This document shows, one piece after another, positions 1-13,310 of a DNA stretch of 64,000 nucleotides. This stretch comes from Callorhinchus milii. Taxonomy: Eukaryota. A program made the position numbers and the translations under genes. The stretch lies in contig NW_024704753.1 in NCBI RefSeq assembly GCF_018977255.1, positions 5,580,001 to 5,644,000 on the forward strand, given 5' to 3'. Below the pieces are notes generated by a model. It ran no database searches. It was not told where the DNA came from and saw nothing but the letters and a program-made list of their open reading frames with translations. Numbering within the stretch: the first letter of the stretch is position 1; every line of letters starts with the position of its first letter.

Positions 1-123
1 AATAATACCTCAGGATACAGTATATAGTTTAGGACACAACATGTCAAGCAACTGCCAGGATGGTGGAAGGTGAACTAGATGGACTTTGGTCTTCTTTCGC
101 CTAGCAAGTTCTTATGTTCTTAT
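1..123 (+). mobile_element. CR1-type LINE 3' UTR fragment, runs off the window start
   Basis: Close match to 41175-41297 (ggatggtggaagg..gaactagatggac..ttggtcttctttcgcctagcaa) with a tatgttct tail. Confidence 0.7.
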
Positions 124-547
124 CTTATTTATACCAATATGTGTTAAGCCTGAAAAAAGTTAACAATTTTTTTTCTGTGTTTCTTTCCTAATCACTGAAA
201 TAACAGCAGATTAGTCCTTAGTTATTATAAGTGATTTAAAAATCAGCTAGCACAACCATGAACTGCAACATTTTGCTTTGATAGTCAGATCTGGATACCG
301 ATAACTAGAGTGTTTTAAAATTTATTCTGCATATTGGATAAAACACAATTCCTAAATAACATGGGGGGGATACTTTTATTTTGCTATAAATTTGCTGATA
401 ATCTCAATAAAAGGAGGCTAAATAGTGCTTAAAAAGTTTTAGACTAGTTAACCAGCCTCATGGTGTTTAGATGGATTTTGATGTAGAAAAATGAAATGGT
501 AAAGCTGTGAACGCAATGAAGGCATGCCTATTAGCAGAGGTGGAGAA

Positions 548-604
548 GAAATGGTTATTGATTATTGAAATGGTTATTGATTATAGAAATGGTTATGCTT
601 ATTG
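548..604. repeat. 19-bp tandem repeat, about 3 copies
   Basis: Unit gaaatggttattgattat(t/a) starts at 548, 567 and 586; the third copy is degenerate. Confidence 0.85.
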
Positions 605-1042
605 ATCATTCACTGAAAGTTTCCAGCCAATAACTAGATTGCGCTTTGAAGAAATTTGACTAAATCAACAAAACATGTGTACATCACTGGTGGAATGGGA
701 GTGGATTTGCAATCATATTTGTGGTTTTTAGACACCCTGCCTTTGGAATAACATCAAAGCATTAAAAAGAATTCGGAGAACGCAAGAATGATTCAGAATT
801 CAGTTTCATTCCCCAAATTATAAGATGTTCTCAGGGTAGACTTTTTAATTTATTGGAAAGAAAAATGGGTGATATGCGGATCTAAGATCTAAACCAGCAA
901 TTTGACTTAAACAGTTAGAGAGCATAGGTTTAACATGGGTTAATGTTAGATTTTTAACATTAAAAAAAGTTGGCACATACGTAGAAACAGATCCACATCA
1001 ATATCAGTAAATAGTGTAAGAATTTTAAAGGATTAACTCCTT

Positions 1043-1365
1043 TAATAATAATAATAATCCTTGCATTTGATATAGCGCTTTTCACATTGGGAGGACGTCC
1101 CAAAGCGCTTCACAGAACACACTGTAAAGTGAATTGACTGTATATTTGTGAGTGAACGCGGCAGCCAATTGCGCACAGCAATGTCCCACAAACAGTCGTA
1201 GATTGAAAATGACCAATTTATTATTGTTTTTTTGTTTTTTTGGAGGGATTATTATTAGGCGTGTGGAGTAAGGAAACTTGCCCAAGGTTTCGCTCTGCCT
1301 AGAATTGAACTCAGGTCTCTCGCTTTCAAAGCGAGTGCTCTAACCACTGAGCTACAGGACTCCAC
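1043..1365 (-). mobile_element. Full-length tRNA-derived SINE with Deu-domain body and L2-type tail
   Basis: On the minus strand: head GTGGAGTCCTGTAGCTCAGTGGTTAGAGC (A box) and GAGTTCAATTC (B-box-like); Deu-like TTTGTGGGACATTGCTGTGCGCAATTGGCTGCCGCG; (TTA)n tail. Near-identical to the 44117-44455 and 60445-60771 copies. Confidence 0.9.
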
Positions 1366-2291
1366 GAGGTAATTTAAGGTAATTAGATAGATATTTTCTC
1401 TGAAACTTTATTGAGGAATAGATGTAGATTGAGATGAACAAATACTCCATGGGAAACGATTGTTTTTTATCATCCTCTCTGCCTTAACTTCTGTCATCCT
1501 CTTTTGGGAAAATGAATTTCTGAAATTATGGTGTAAAGAAACTTCAATGCATATTTACTGCCTACTTATATTTAATTGCTTCTGTTCTCCCCATTCCCTT
1601 GAGATTTATTATTGTAGCGTCGAGCTGCGTAATCATGTGGGTCAAGCTGAGCATCCATCAACAGCTTTTATATTGGAGACTTGGTATGTTGCTTCCCATA
1701 CTGTTATCAGCAAGCACATTTTTCCACTTTACCTCTACATGCTCTCATATTATAGAAGATACTGCTACAAAATTGAAAATCAGGTTGCCGAAGACCTATG
1801 ATTTAGTAAATATACACTGAATGAGAATTGACTACTAAATGTGAAATTTAGTGTTAAATACCTGTCAACACTGGGGTTCTTCCACATTTTCGGTTTAATT
1901 CAGCCGTTATTTCATATCAGTCTAGTGGTCCATTGCCACATAAAGCATACAGCAAGATCTGTTCACTAAAGATTTTATACGAAAATGTTTTATGTTGTTA
2001 GATGTTATGGAAGAAAAGTGAAACAATCTTGTGGGACGTTGGATGGGTAATCTAAATGAATCATACTTGCATTACTAACGGGGATTACTCAGAAAAGCAT
2101 ATTTGTGAGATGAACTAAGATCATTAAAGGGTTGAAGAGATTGTTTAAATTTACTTTTACCTTCTTTTCATGTGGAATATTGCGATCCAGTTCAAATAAA
2201 GTTGATTCTAGGATTCTCTGTAAGGGTACTGTAGTTTTCTCAGTCTGGTAATTTAACAAGCAGATGTTGCATAGATGTGTGGTTTTGTTGG

Positions 2292-2776
2292 AACAACAAC
2301 AACAACAAGATTCCATTTATAAAGCGCCTTTCACGTCAGGAGGACGTCCCAAGGCGCTGCACAGTTGGGTCAGGACCCGAGCAGGGGGGAAATGGTCAGG
2401 GTGAGGGGAGGGGAGGGAGCGAGGAGGGGGGAAATGGTCAGGGTGAGGGGAGGGATGGGAGGAGCGAGGAGGGGGAAGAGAGTCGAGAGGGGAGCTGAAG
2501 GCTCGGTCAAAGAGAAAGGTTTTGAGACCGGCCTTGAAAGAGGAGAGGGAGGAAGCAAGGCGAAGGCACTGGGGGATGGAGTTCCAGAGCCTCGGGGGTG
2601 AGAGGCTGAAGGCCCGACCACCAATGGTAGGGCGATTGGGGCGGGGAACGTGGAGCAGACCGGAGCCGGAGGAACGGAGGGTACGGGCAGGTAGGTAGGG
2701 AGATAGTAGGTTGGAGAGGTAGGAGGGAGCAAGGCCGTGAATGGCCTTGTAGGTGAGGATGAGGATCTTGAAATCA
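2292..2776 (-). mobile_element. L2 LINE 3' end with an internal tandem duplication of about 40 bp
   Basis: Reverse complement of 46555-46980 (FKILILTYKA..GLAPSYL region) with a (TTG)n tail. The segment gggggaaatggtcagggtgagggg is duplicated. Confidence 0.9.
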
Positions 2777-3299
2777 AGTCAGCAATATAATTTCACAATT
2801 TATTATTCAACCTTTAACAGCATGCAAAAAGTGGTCTGATGAATGTTCCACATGTAAATGAGTCGGTGCCTACAGAAGCATCTACTAGTGAAATGGTCCC
2901 ATAGAAATCATCAATTGCATATTATTGTACTGTAACTAGGATGTGCAGTTTTCTAAGGGGCAATTACACGAACACCCAAACTAGTCTGAAGCATTAAAAT
3001 AACAAATCTGTAATTTATATTTTAATAAAAAATATCCAGATAGCATTTCAATCTTCATATAAACTAAGCAACTCTGGTGTATATAAACAGCATATAACAT
3101 GGCTCTAATTAAAAGATCTTCACAACATACTTTTCCACAGTCACTGCAGTTTTCTGCAGTTAGATCCATAGTTTTCAGGAGATTACAGTATTTAACAAAC
3201 TTTTCAGTATGTCATTAAATTTGCTAACACTTTTCAGTGTGTCAATAAAATAACTGAGACCTCAATCTAGAAACCACAAAACGAGTGTGTCATCTGGCA

Positions 3300-4030
3300 T
3301 ACATGTGGCATTCTGCGGATGACATTGCCAAGACCCCTGCGGTACATCACAGGTGACCGGTCGGGGGCGGGAGGAGAAACTGAAGAAATAAAATGAAGGC
3401 GGTTTATTAGGTAGGACTTGAACCAGGAGGTCCCACTGAGGTGGATAAAGGAGGAGAGGCAGGGGATGAGGATGGCGTTGTCGACTGTGTCGAACGCGGT
3501 GGAGCGGTCCAGGAGGACGAGGAGACAGAGGGAGCCCAGGTCACAGAGAGAGAGGCTGTTATTTGTGACCTTCACAAGCGCCGTCTCTATGCTGTGTGCA
3601 AGGCGAAAACCAGACTGGAGGGGCTCGAGAAGGGAGTGGAGGGAGAGGCAAGAGCAAAGCTGGTTTGCGACAATACGTTCCAGAGATTTGGCAAGGAAGG
3701 GCAGTTAGAAATAGGAGGGTAATTTGTGATGTTGAGTCAATGGTGATTTTTTTGAGAAAAGGAATGATGACAGCGGTTTTAAGGGGGAGAGGAACAATCT
3801 GAGGAGAGCGACAGGTTGACTGTCAGCCAGCAGGGGGGAGAGGATGGGGAGAGGGTCGAGGCAGCAGGTGGTGGGATTCATCTGGGAGAAAAGGGGGCGT
3901 AATCATCGCAAAGTGGTTTAGGGAGGGGGGAGTGGAAGGAGGGGGTGGTGTAGACGGTCTGGGGGTTGAAGAAAGGGACGTAAGGGAGGAGGATGCAGCC
4001 AAGCGGATATTTTCATCTTTGACACAAAGA
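3300..4030 (-). mobile_element. Degraded L2 ORF2 (reverse transcriptase) fragment
   Basis: ORF 3267-3575 reads KVTNNSL..LLVLLDRSTAFDTVDNAILI, matching the L2/CR1 RT motif LLDLSAAFDTVDH. Frameshifted and partly deleted. Confidence 0.85.
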
Positions 4031-7000
4031 CTTCTGGGACCTCTTTGCACTTGGAGTTTGAAATGTGGATGAAGGCAGCTTGGGGGTGTGCTTGGAGGAG
4101 GTGGTGGAGAACAGTGCCTTTGGGTTATTTTTGGTCTCCAAAATGGTTTGGGATTAAAAGGCAGTTTTGGCCTACGAAAGGGAGTGGCGGTAGTTGTGGA
4201 GATCCTCGAGCCATGTTCAGATTTTGCACCATGTTTTCCAACATGCTTCACATAGGTGGGTTGGAGAACATGGTGCAAAACCTGATATCTGTCCACAGTT
4301 TTCAACCTGATGAATGTAAATATAATATTTGTTTGTGTTACTACCCGTTATTCATGTGAGTAACTGTTAAAAACATAAAATGCATCAGAGCATGCTTCTG
4401 CAATTCCATTATTTGCAGTAGACTTTCCATAAATGTAAATGAAACACATTTCTTTTACAGTGATATAAAGATGTAAGCAATTGTATGATTATTGCAGCTT
4501 TATTAGAGTGTTAAATAATCCATTTCTTCATTACATGCCAGGTCTGACAAAGCACCCTGTTACTGCAAATGTTGTGTAGTTCCATTCCTTTGTCAGAGCC
4601 TCTTGAAATCAGTGTAATGGAGTAATTTAGAAAGAAGAACTCGGCTGTAGATCACTTATCAGTCTGGTCCAGTCCTTGCTCGGGAGAGGTTCCACGTGGC
4701 AGTGAATGATCTAATATGTTGAAATACAAGAAAAATCTTGCGCTATAAAGAGGAAAATACAATGCAATGTGGGTGTTATTTCATGTGATTGTTTACCTTT
4801 GTAGCCAACCAGTGTAAGATATCCTGGTTAGCCAGTTTACATCAGGCTTTTTGTAAACAGATGCGCACAACTGGCAAGTAATTGCCAGGGGTCTAACAAA
4901 TCAAAATCTCATTTTGGAAGCCTGACATTAATGTTCGGGTCACTTATTGTGTTGTATGTTAGATAAAATCCTAGCAGAATGACTAACTGTCCAACACTGT
5001 TCTGTTGATTTATTGAAAATAATTCAATTCAATTTTGGGATGCTTTATTTAGAAACCAGAGAAATGGCTTTGTTGTTAATTTGCTTTAAAAATGAACAAT
5101 GGATTAAATTAGATTTATGAGCACAATGCGTTAGTTGAAGATGCAATCAGGAGTTTTTACATTGAAGCTGTGCTGTCATTTTGAACATAAATTGTGGTGT
5201 GCATCAGAATATACCCTATATTTGACGGTGTCCATCTAAGGAACTCTGTCACCTGCGTTAAGAAATTCATTAAACGTCACTCAAATGGAGTAGGAGAGCT
5301 CTGGGAAATCTCTGATTTGCCCTCAGGCACAATAGTACAAATTCTGCACCTTTTTGAGTCCTCTCAGCAACCACAAGGGTCAAATTTGTGAGACAATAGC
5401 CTTGTTATAGCTGACTGTGGTTCCACCCAGTTACTCTGCCCAACATGACAAAAAAGTCAAATTGGGTATGGTTACTATATACTTATACATTGTTCAGTGA
5501 GCAAATCGTTGCATAAAGGTCATGTGAGCATTGTTCTGTTCGGCAGGGGAGAATGTTGGAACAGAAATTGTGATTATGCACGCTCTATATTTGAATGTAC
5601 TGTACCATAGTAAAGGAAAGAAAATCAGCCTGTTCTACAACTCTTAAGAGGGAGCATGTCAAGCTAAATATACACACCTACTCTGCAATGTCAGAACGTG
5701 CTTGGCATGCATATAATAGGGATTATACAGAGATTTTGACAGAACACAGAAGAGCCAGAAATTAGACTGTTCGCTCTCTCTGAACCGAGGGCTTGCTGTG
5801 CAGGCAAGATGAGCACAGGGGATTTGGCAGGAGGTTCAGGTTTCACCTTGTTGCTATTTCACAGCTGTGTTGTAGATAATGGCAGAAAGGCCATCCCATA
5901 GAGAGACCTGTCCTTGGCTGTCATACAGTATGACTGAAGGCTTGCTTATTACCATTCTTATGTGCCAGTTGTTAAGATGGGCCAGTGGCAAACCACAAAC
6001 TGAATATATTCCTTCATAACCATTTTAATTTGAACCAAGATATAAATAAAAGTATAGCTTATGGTATGGATGCTTACTTGCACTGATCACCTTCTTTGAT
6101 CCACAATAACAGCATATGGTTCTATAAAGAGGAAAACATTCTCATTTGGGAACAGTAACTTCATTCATTGAAAATAACCATTTGTTTATGTACTTTTTGT
6201 GTTTGCTGCAACTCATAGAATAGTTTTGAGATGTTGCAAATTGGCTGACCATTATAAACTGAAAGATTCATGTTTTTAAACATGACTATAAGGAGATGCT
6301 TTCAAAGTTATTAATGCCATGAAGCCTCACATTCAGTAGATGAATGGGAGAGATCGATAATGTCAATCAAAAATAAATTTAAGCAATACCAAATGCAGGC
6401 AACACTTCAGATAAATCTCTGAAAATAACGCAACAGCTACCACTATAAATATCAAACCATTCTCTTCCCCACTCCAAAAATTCTTCCAACAGCTCATAGT
6501 GCAACGAATGACTGTTTATAGTAATATAAATCTAAATAAATTAAAAATAATGTTACAGTTCTATATATGTTTATATAGTTTATGTGTCAGCCTGGTTCAG
6601 TTGGCACAATACACCAATCCCAAATTGCATTGAGCCATATGTTCCTGTTGCAGTTGGAGCTGGATGATTTTTTTTAGCTTAATAAACATAATAGTTTTTG
6701 TTTATTAGTCTTCACTTTGATTTGTAGTTTGTAAACCGGACATCTGTTCACTTATTTAAATGTAAGAAAATTAGCTGTACACACATAAAAAAATATGTAA
6801 TATATACGGCTAACATAATCTGGTTTTATTTATATATGTTAGATTGTGGAAGCTCAAAAAGAAATTGAGGCTAAAGAGCTGGGCAAATTCTGTTCCCATG
6901 CATTTCGGAGGGATAAGAGTTGTGTACTTTCATCTTTCGCAAGCTATTTGCAAACACTTAACATACTTTTCAAAACAAACAGAAGATTATGTACTCTGAC

Positions 7001-7221
7001 ATAAGGTAGTTTTGAACCAAGCTATGGTATTTGGATCTTTTGGAATGTTTGCATATTTATCCCACTCTGGTGTATCTAGACTCTACTTACACGCATGATG
7101 ACCAATTGAACTAAGTAGAGCTGTAGTTTTTTGAGCAAAATTGATCGTACCGCATCACTATTTATATTTCAGAGCTGCTTCAACAAGAGGATGACTTGGT
7201 TATCCTAGAATCTCCAATACA

Positions 7222-7553
7222 GGAGTCCTGTAGCACAGTGAGGAACCCTGTAACTCATTAGAGCACTAGCTTTGCAAGCGAGAGCACCTGGATTTGATTC
7301 CTGGGCAGGGCGAAAGGTTGGGGAAGTTTCCTTACTCCACACTCCTCTGTTTACCTAGCAGTAAGTAATTCCTTCAAAAACAAAAGTGAGTAATTGGTCA
7401 CTCAATCAATGACTGTTTGTGGGACACTGCTGTGCACAATTGGCTGCCGCGCGCCCGCAAAATATAATCAATTCACTTTACGGTATATTCTGTGAAGCGC
7501 TTTGAGACGTCTCAAAGATATGATAAGCTGCTATACAAGGATTATTATTATTA
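7222..7553 (+). mobile_element. tRNA/Deu SINE, older long subfamily
   Basis: Head ggagtcctgtagcacagtg (partly duplicated), extra segment ctctgtttacctagcagtaag, Deu body and ggattattatt tail. Confidence 0.85.
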
Positions 7554-8319
7554 CTACTGTGAAATTTCACTACTGCTGAATTCTGTAATGCATCATTTGT
7601 GGAGGTCTTGGTAGGGCTGTAATGTGAACTGAAGTTGTGATATGGTGTAGGTAAATGTAGCCAGAAAAAGATCCGCCTAAAGCCAGAAAAATAGCTCCAA
7701 GCAGGTCTATTTACTGGTGGTACTGCTCCCTCTGGAATGCTGGAGTGTAAAGAGGAGTATTAGTCAGCCAAAGATTGTGTTATAGGGAGATGCAATGAGA
7801 CCTCAGTCTGAAATTGCATAAATATAAAGTCCTGCAATGGAGAGTCTTACTTATACCATTAAGATTATTTGATTCACAAAATGCTGTGTTTTAGGAATAC
7901 GATTGTCAGTTAGGAAAATATGAGTACTAAATCTGTCACACTGATTCTTCTCTACAGGAATACTAACCGAGAAGCTAAGGAACTATAAACCTTCACCCAC
8001 CAGAATTCTATCAGAACATTACTGCTTTCATAATTGTAGCTCCCTTTTCAATGAAAGTGAAGTCAAATATGTATGTATTAATTTTGTCTAGGCTTGGAAG
8101 AGTGTGAGTTTTGTGAATGTGAGTATACTGGAGACTAGAGTGTTTTCACTAGAGTAAATACAAGCAAATCAGAATCTTGATGAGGAGGTTTTGAACAAAT
8201 TAAACAGAAAAAAAAGTATTTAACATTTGTGGCTACTGCTTCCATTTAGAGTACTAGGGAATATTTTGTTTTATGGAGAAATAGCAGTATTGTATTAGCA
8301 TTTCTGTGCTGCATATTTT

Positions 8320-8854
8320 ATAATAATTATAACCCTTGCATTTAATATAGTGCCGTATGTCATTGAGACACCTCAAAGCGCTTCACAGAATATACTTTAA
8401 AGTGAATTCACTTTATATTTTGTGGACAAAACGTGGCAGCCAATTGCGCACAGCAGTGTCCCACATACAGTCGTAGATTATTATTACTATTAAACAGTGA
8501 TCAAATTATTATTATTATTTTCTTCTCTACCCCCTCCTCGCTCCCTCCCTTCCCTCCCCTCACCCTGACTATTTCCCCCCTGCTCGGGTCCTGACCCAAC
8601 TGTCCAGCGCCTTGGGACGTCCTCCCGACGTGAAAGGCGCTCTATAAATTAAATCTTGTTGTTGTTGTTGTTTCTGGGGGGGAAGGGATTATTACTGCCG
8701 GAAAAGCGATCCACCAATCGAATAACTTACAGCTAGGTAAACAGAGGTGTGTGGAGTAAGGAAACATGCCCAACGTTTCGCCCTCCCCTCGCTTGTGCCC
8801 AGGTCCTCTCACTTTTGAGGCGAGTGCTCGAACCAATATACTACAGGACTCCAC
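8320..8854 (-). mobile_element. tRNA/Deu SINE (long subfamily) interrupted by an L2 3' end
   Basis: Tail and Deu part at about 8320-8520, head part at 8674-8854. Confidence 0.85.
8524..8672 (+). mobile_element. L2 3' end nested in the SINE
   Basis: Matches 46836-46980 and ends gcgccttgggacgtcctcccgacgtgaaaggcgctctataaa..(ttg)n. Confidence 0.88.
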
Positions 8855-9347
8855 ATATATTCACAATGTAATATAATTACATTGAGAATATTACCTTGCA
8901 ATTAGTACATTAAATATTTGCAATACTGTATATATAATTTAGGCTATACAGTGGATATTCCAGAAATGCATAGTTTAAGATTATATACATTACTTTAAGT
9001 GCCTCATTTATTCTATTCCTGTTTAGGACTCCTATGTCTGTGTGTGCCTGCAGCACAACTGAATTTATTTCCCAATGCATTTTGAAGAAAATTACTGAGC
9101 TCTCTGAACAGCCAGAATCAGGGTACATTTTTAAAAAAAACTCAGTTACTTAATGCTACCCTCCAATCTGTCCTTATCGCTGTAATTCCTGATTCCTGTT
9201 AGTTGTTTTGTAACTCACATTCTGAGAGAATTATAGTATACAAGCGGTAGCAATTTTTTTAAATTGAGAAACCTGCTTTTGTAACGGGCCAAGTGATCAT
9301 AGGGGATGATGCCAAGACCAAACATAGCAGGCAAGAGGGTGGGATAA

Positions 9348-9500
9348 ATAATAAACCTTGCATTTGATAGTGTTTTAATGTTAAAACATCTCAAAGCACT
9401 TCACAGGTGATTTCTCATTTACCTATCATTTACCAGAGCAGCTATTTTGCACCAGGGAGGTCCCACAACCAGCCATGCTATGAATAACTAATTTATCTGG
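9348..9500 (-). mobile_element. Old DeuSINE 3' fragment
   Basis: Degenerate ccttgcatttgatag..catctcaaagcacttcacag..gcagctattttgcac..gtcccacaaccagc. Confidence 0.55.
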
Positions 9501-12500
9501 AAGATTGGTGCCTTAGAAATCAAGAAGTATTAGTTGGGTTTATGCTGAGTTTGTCTTCCAGCACTGTAATATACAAATGTTGCCTACGAGGCAGTTATCA
9601 ACACGTCCAAAAGTGGGTCATCAACTTGCCTCTGGAGACAAGAGTACCCAGAACATTAAAGTAGACAGCTCCTTCTGCTGTTGGGTCCATTGGCTGTCTT
9701 TCTGAGGTTTATGCTCAGTTATTTCAATGTTGCTTATGGTGTCTTCACATTGAAAACAGGCAGAATCTACAGCAACAGCAGCCTCTTGGCAATTTCAAAA
9801 CCAGGTCTATTGAACATGTTCTGAAGCAGTGTGTAAAGTAAATCAAGGAATAAAAGATGGCAGATTATTGGAGGGAGAAAAAGCTTGGAGTTGAGTACTG
9901 ATAGTTTCATTGCCCTGAGGTTCTGGTTGATATTTATATAGTTGCTGGAATATTACTGAACAAAATTAATAGGTAAGCTTTACAATTTACACTATTTCAA
10001 AGGTGCAAGATAGTAAGTAATCATTTTGGAACTAATCTGTTACCTGATTTTCTGGGATTTGTGCTGTTCAGTGAAGCAGCACATGGAGGATTATTTTTTA
10101 ATGGCTCAATTTAATCACCGTAAAATACTGGATACACAGCATGTGCTATGATGATTCCTATTTATGAGGTTTAGCTTCCAGTGATAACGCTCTATTGTGT
10201 TCTTCAAAGTTATTACAGAAATACCAGTGGAAAAAACTAAGCTACTCTTCACAAGTGTTCTGCAAATAAATATACAAGTAATATATAATTGTGCAATATA
10301 TTGTGTAATATACAAGTATGTGAAGGCTCCGTAGATATAAAGACCAATGGAACATGCAAGTCTGAAGTTTCCAGTATAAATGGGATAGTCGGATTACGTG
10401 AGTTGTCATTTTAGATATACAGATATGTTTTCAATGAGTTTGAGTTCTGAGATGTGCTTTGAGTTTTTGGCTGTTTTTGCACTAATGTTTAGTTGTCATT
10501 CACTTAGGATAAAAATACTAAGTAAATGACAACTATACATTAGTGCAAAAGGTGACATATGTAAATGATAGACTCATGAATAATTTAATCAGGTGGATCC
10601 AATCTTAGTCATTGCAGGTAACACTGACACCTTCATCTACAGAGGACTCGTGTCACAAATTAATGATTATAAATTGTGATGTCTAAACTCTAGAAACGTT
10701 TTTCAAAGTAACTACAGTATACTTGATAGATAAGTTGCAGGGAGCACTAACTTGCTGGCCAGTAATATGCAGCGCGATAGCTAAAATTGCACTTTCCCAT
10801 ACTGGTTAAGTACAGATGATGTGCTTGTTAATTAGTTACAGCATTCAGAAAAGTGCACTCATAAGGGAAAGAGTGAAATATCGCACTTTGCTATAAAGGG
10901 ACAGATGTGCTCTCATTTTAGAAGCTCTTTCCAAAATGTTTAATAGAGGGTCCTTTAAATTAATGTATCATTGTAGCACATTATATCTGTGTAATAAACC
11001 CCACTCAAAACCGTAGTAGCATGGTCCTGTTATGTCAAGATCTGCATTAGTCAATTGCATTGTTGTAGAAACTTTATTCAGAAGGGAGAATTTATTTATT
11101 ACATATATGAATGCTATCAGCATCATATAATAGGATGATTCACACTGAGCTGTTACTGTTGCTATTCATGATTTCAGAAACAAGGATACTAAATATATGC
11201 TTGTTATGGAGTACAAATTCACCTTTTTGCCATAATACTGTAATGTACTCTTACACTATTTTTAAGATTAAAACTGTGGAATACTTTATTTGGTAGCCTC
11301 AGGCACCTCACCACAAAATCCATCTAAATGGCCAACATTAAAGATTAACTTGGATAAACATTCTTTTTCATGTATTTAAGCAACTACAATATCTACCAAC
11401 ATCATGACAAATAAGATATTAGAATAATTAAACATTCAATTTAGGCCTGACTTTCTCTAAATCTCTTATGTACCATTTGCTTAATTGCTCAAACTTTCTG
11501 ATAAAAATAAAATTTAATTTAGGACTAAAACATTGCTAGGTGTTTTTAAAGATAGTGCAACAAATGTAACTCCTTTCTCTTTATTTAATGGTTAGATTAT
11601 CATATAATCCTACAGACATCTGATAACTGACCATCTGGCAACACAGCCTTTAAGACAACATATGGCCTGTTGTTTCATAAGGGTAATTGATTTCTAGTTC
11701 AGCTCGTCAAATTGATGCCAGCAGCATTTTGAAAAGTGACTGAGAAAGCCTACCAGTGCCAGCTCAGTTTACTACCATTGGTTCATTTGTAGGTTTACTT
11801 GTGGAACCTGCACAGTACCAAGCCTGAAGCAAAATAAAGTAGTGCAGTGGAGACCAGCACAAAATTAAAGTAATTTGACAATTGGGTACCACTCTCGGCC
11901 TCTGTTACCCTTATTTTGCTTCAGACCTAATTCCATGGGGCAGGTACAGACTACAAGCCACATGAATGAGGAAATTAGTAATGTAAATATGATGTGGTAA
12001 TTAGAACAGCTCCTTACCCTTCTGTCAATCTTTATGCTGCTGCAAGGTACAAGTTAAACAGGGCATAATTGTCCTGCCATCTGTGAGGATGGCACAGGGG
12101 TAAATGTTTGGGTTTTGGTGGGCCACTAAATCAATTTCTGTATATTTGGAGTATTTGTTATTTTCATCCTGCATTCAATTAACACTACACGCAGAGAATC
12201 TCCAATAATAATATCAATTACTAACAACCTCCCTTGATCACCTGAGGACCTCAACATCTTCAGGTACAAATATGTGGTTAATCATAGCTCCTGGGATCAG
12301 TGACGAAGCTGACCTTTTCTTGAGGCCAGCGAATTGTCATATTACGATTTCCGTACATTATTAACCTCAGGTTGAATGAAAGCAGATTGACTCTGGATTT
12401 GTTTACACTAAAGGGAATTCATTGTATGTGTATCCCTGACTGAATCGGTTTGTGTTTACTGCTAATTCTAAGTCCCATTGATACTCAGACATCTTCTCAA

Positions 12501-13064
12501 TAAATGTATTTGATCCTAAGGGATCAAATACCATAAGAGTAGGAGATGCCTCTATCTCAGCAGTCTGCTCTGATACTGATTCACCCACTGGTTTTAAAGC
12601 AGCTACAATCAACAGCATTTGTTGTCCAAGGGTAATGGATTTTAACAAACATCAGGTCAATTTATATACTGCTTGTTTTAATGTGAGCCCTTTCCCCAAA
12701 AGCTAATGAACTAAGTTCAGCTAATTTACATTCCTGTTGTGATCATCAATTTGAAATTCTGCCTGATAATTGGGCAACTTTGAAATAAGCTGCAGCATTG
12801 TGCCCGAATGTAAAAGTTCCTGAGCAAATGAGTTCATTTAGGTATCTAATCCACAATTCTATAAAATATTTTTAAAATATTTTAGTGCACTAGGATAATA
12901 TTCCAACATTCTATGCAGAATATGAAAAGAAATCACAAATTATTGCTGAATATAGACTGCTGCCTGCTGTATAAAGGACAATGCTTAAGTGAAGGTGTTG
13001 ACACACGTGTGCTCTTTGTGCAACCTTTCATTAACAAGTAAAATTCCCATTTCATACCTCGGGG

Positions 13065-13310
13065 TAATAATAATAATAATAATAATAATAATCCTTGCAT
13101 TTGATATAGCGCTTTTCACATCGGGAGGACGTCCCAAAGCGCTTCACAGAACACACTGTAAAGTGAATTGACTGTATATTTGTGGGCGAACGCGGCAGCC
13201 AATTGTGCACAGCAATGTCCCACAAACAGTCGTAGATTGAAAATGATCAATTTAATTATTGTTTTTAGTTTTGGAGGGATTATTATTGGAGGGATTACTA
13301 TTATTGGAGG
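13065..13310 (-). mobile_element. 5'-truncated tRNA/Deu SINE
   Basis: Tail and Deu body near-identical to the 44117 copy. Ends in a duplicated ggagggattattatt motif and has no tRNA head. Confidence 0.9.

Noticed and set aside
548-604. Short repeats as a CRISPR-like array
   Set aside because: Head-to-tail tandem units without spacers, in eukaryotic intronic context.
1082-1285. Recurrent ORF family '[23 protein letters not shown]' (also at 13116, 44036, 55154 and 60489)
   Set aside because: Incidental translation of the SINE consensus; starts and frames differ between copies.
7941-7985. ctacaggaatactaaccgagaagcta resembles SUCLG2 exon 2 (LQEYQSKKL) and also looks like a splice acceptor
   Set aside because: There is a stop codon and a frameshift right after LQEY, similarity does not extend to either side, and no clear donor follows. 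Most likely chance.
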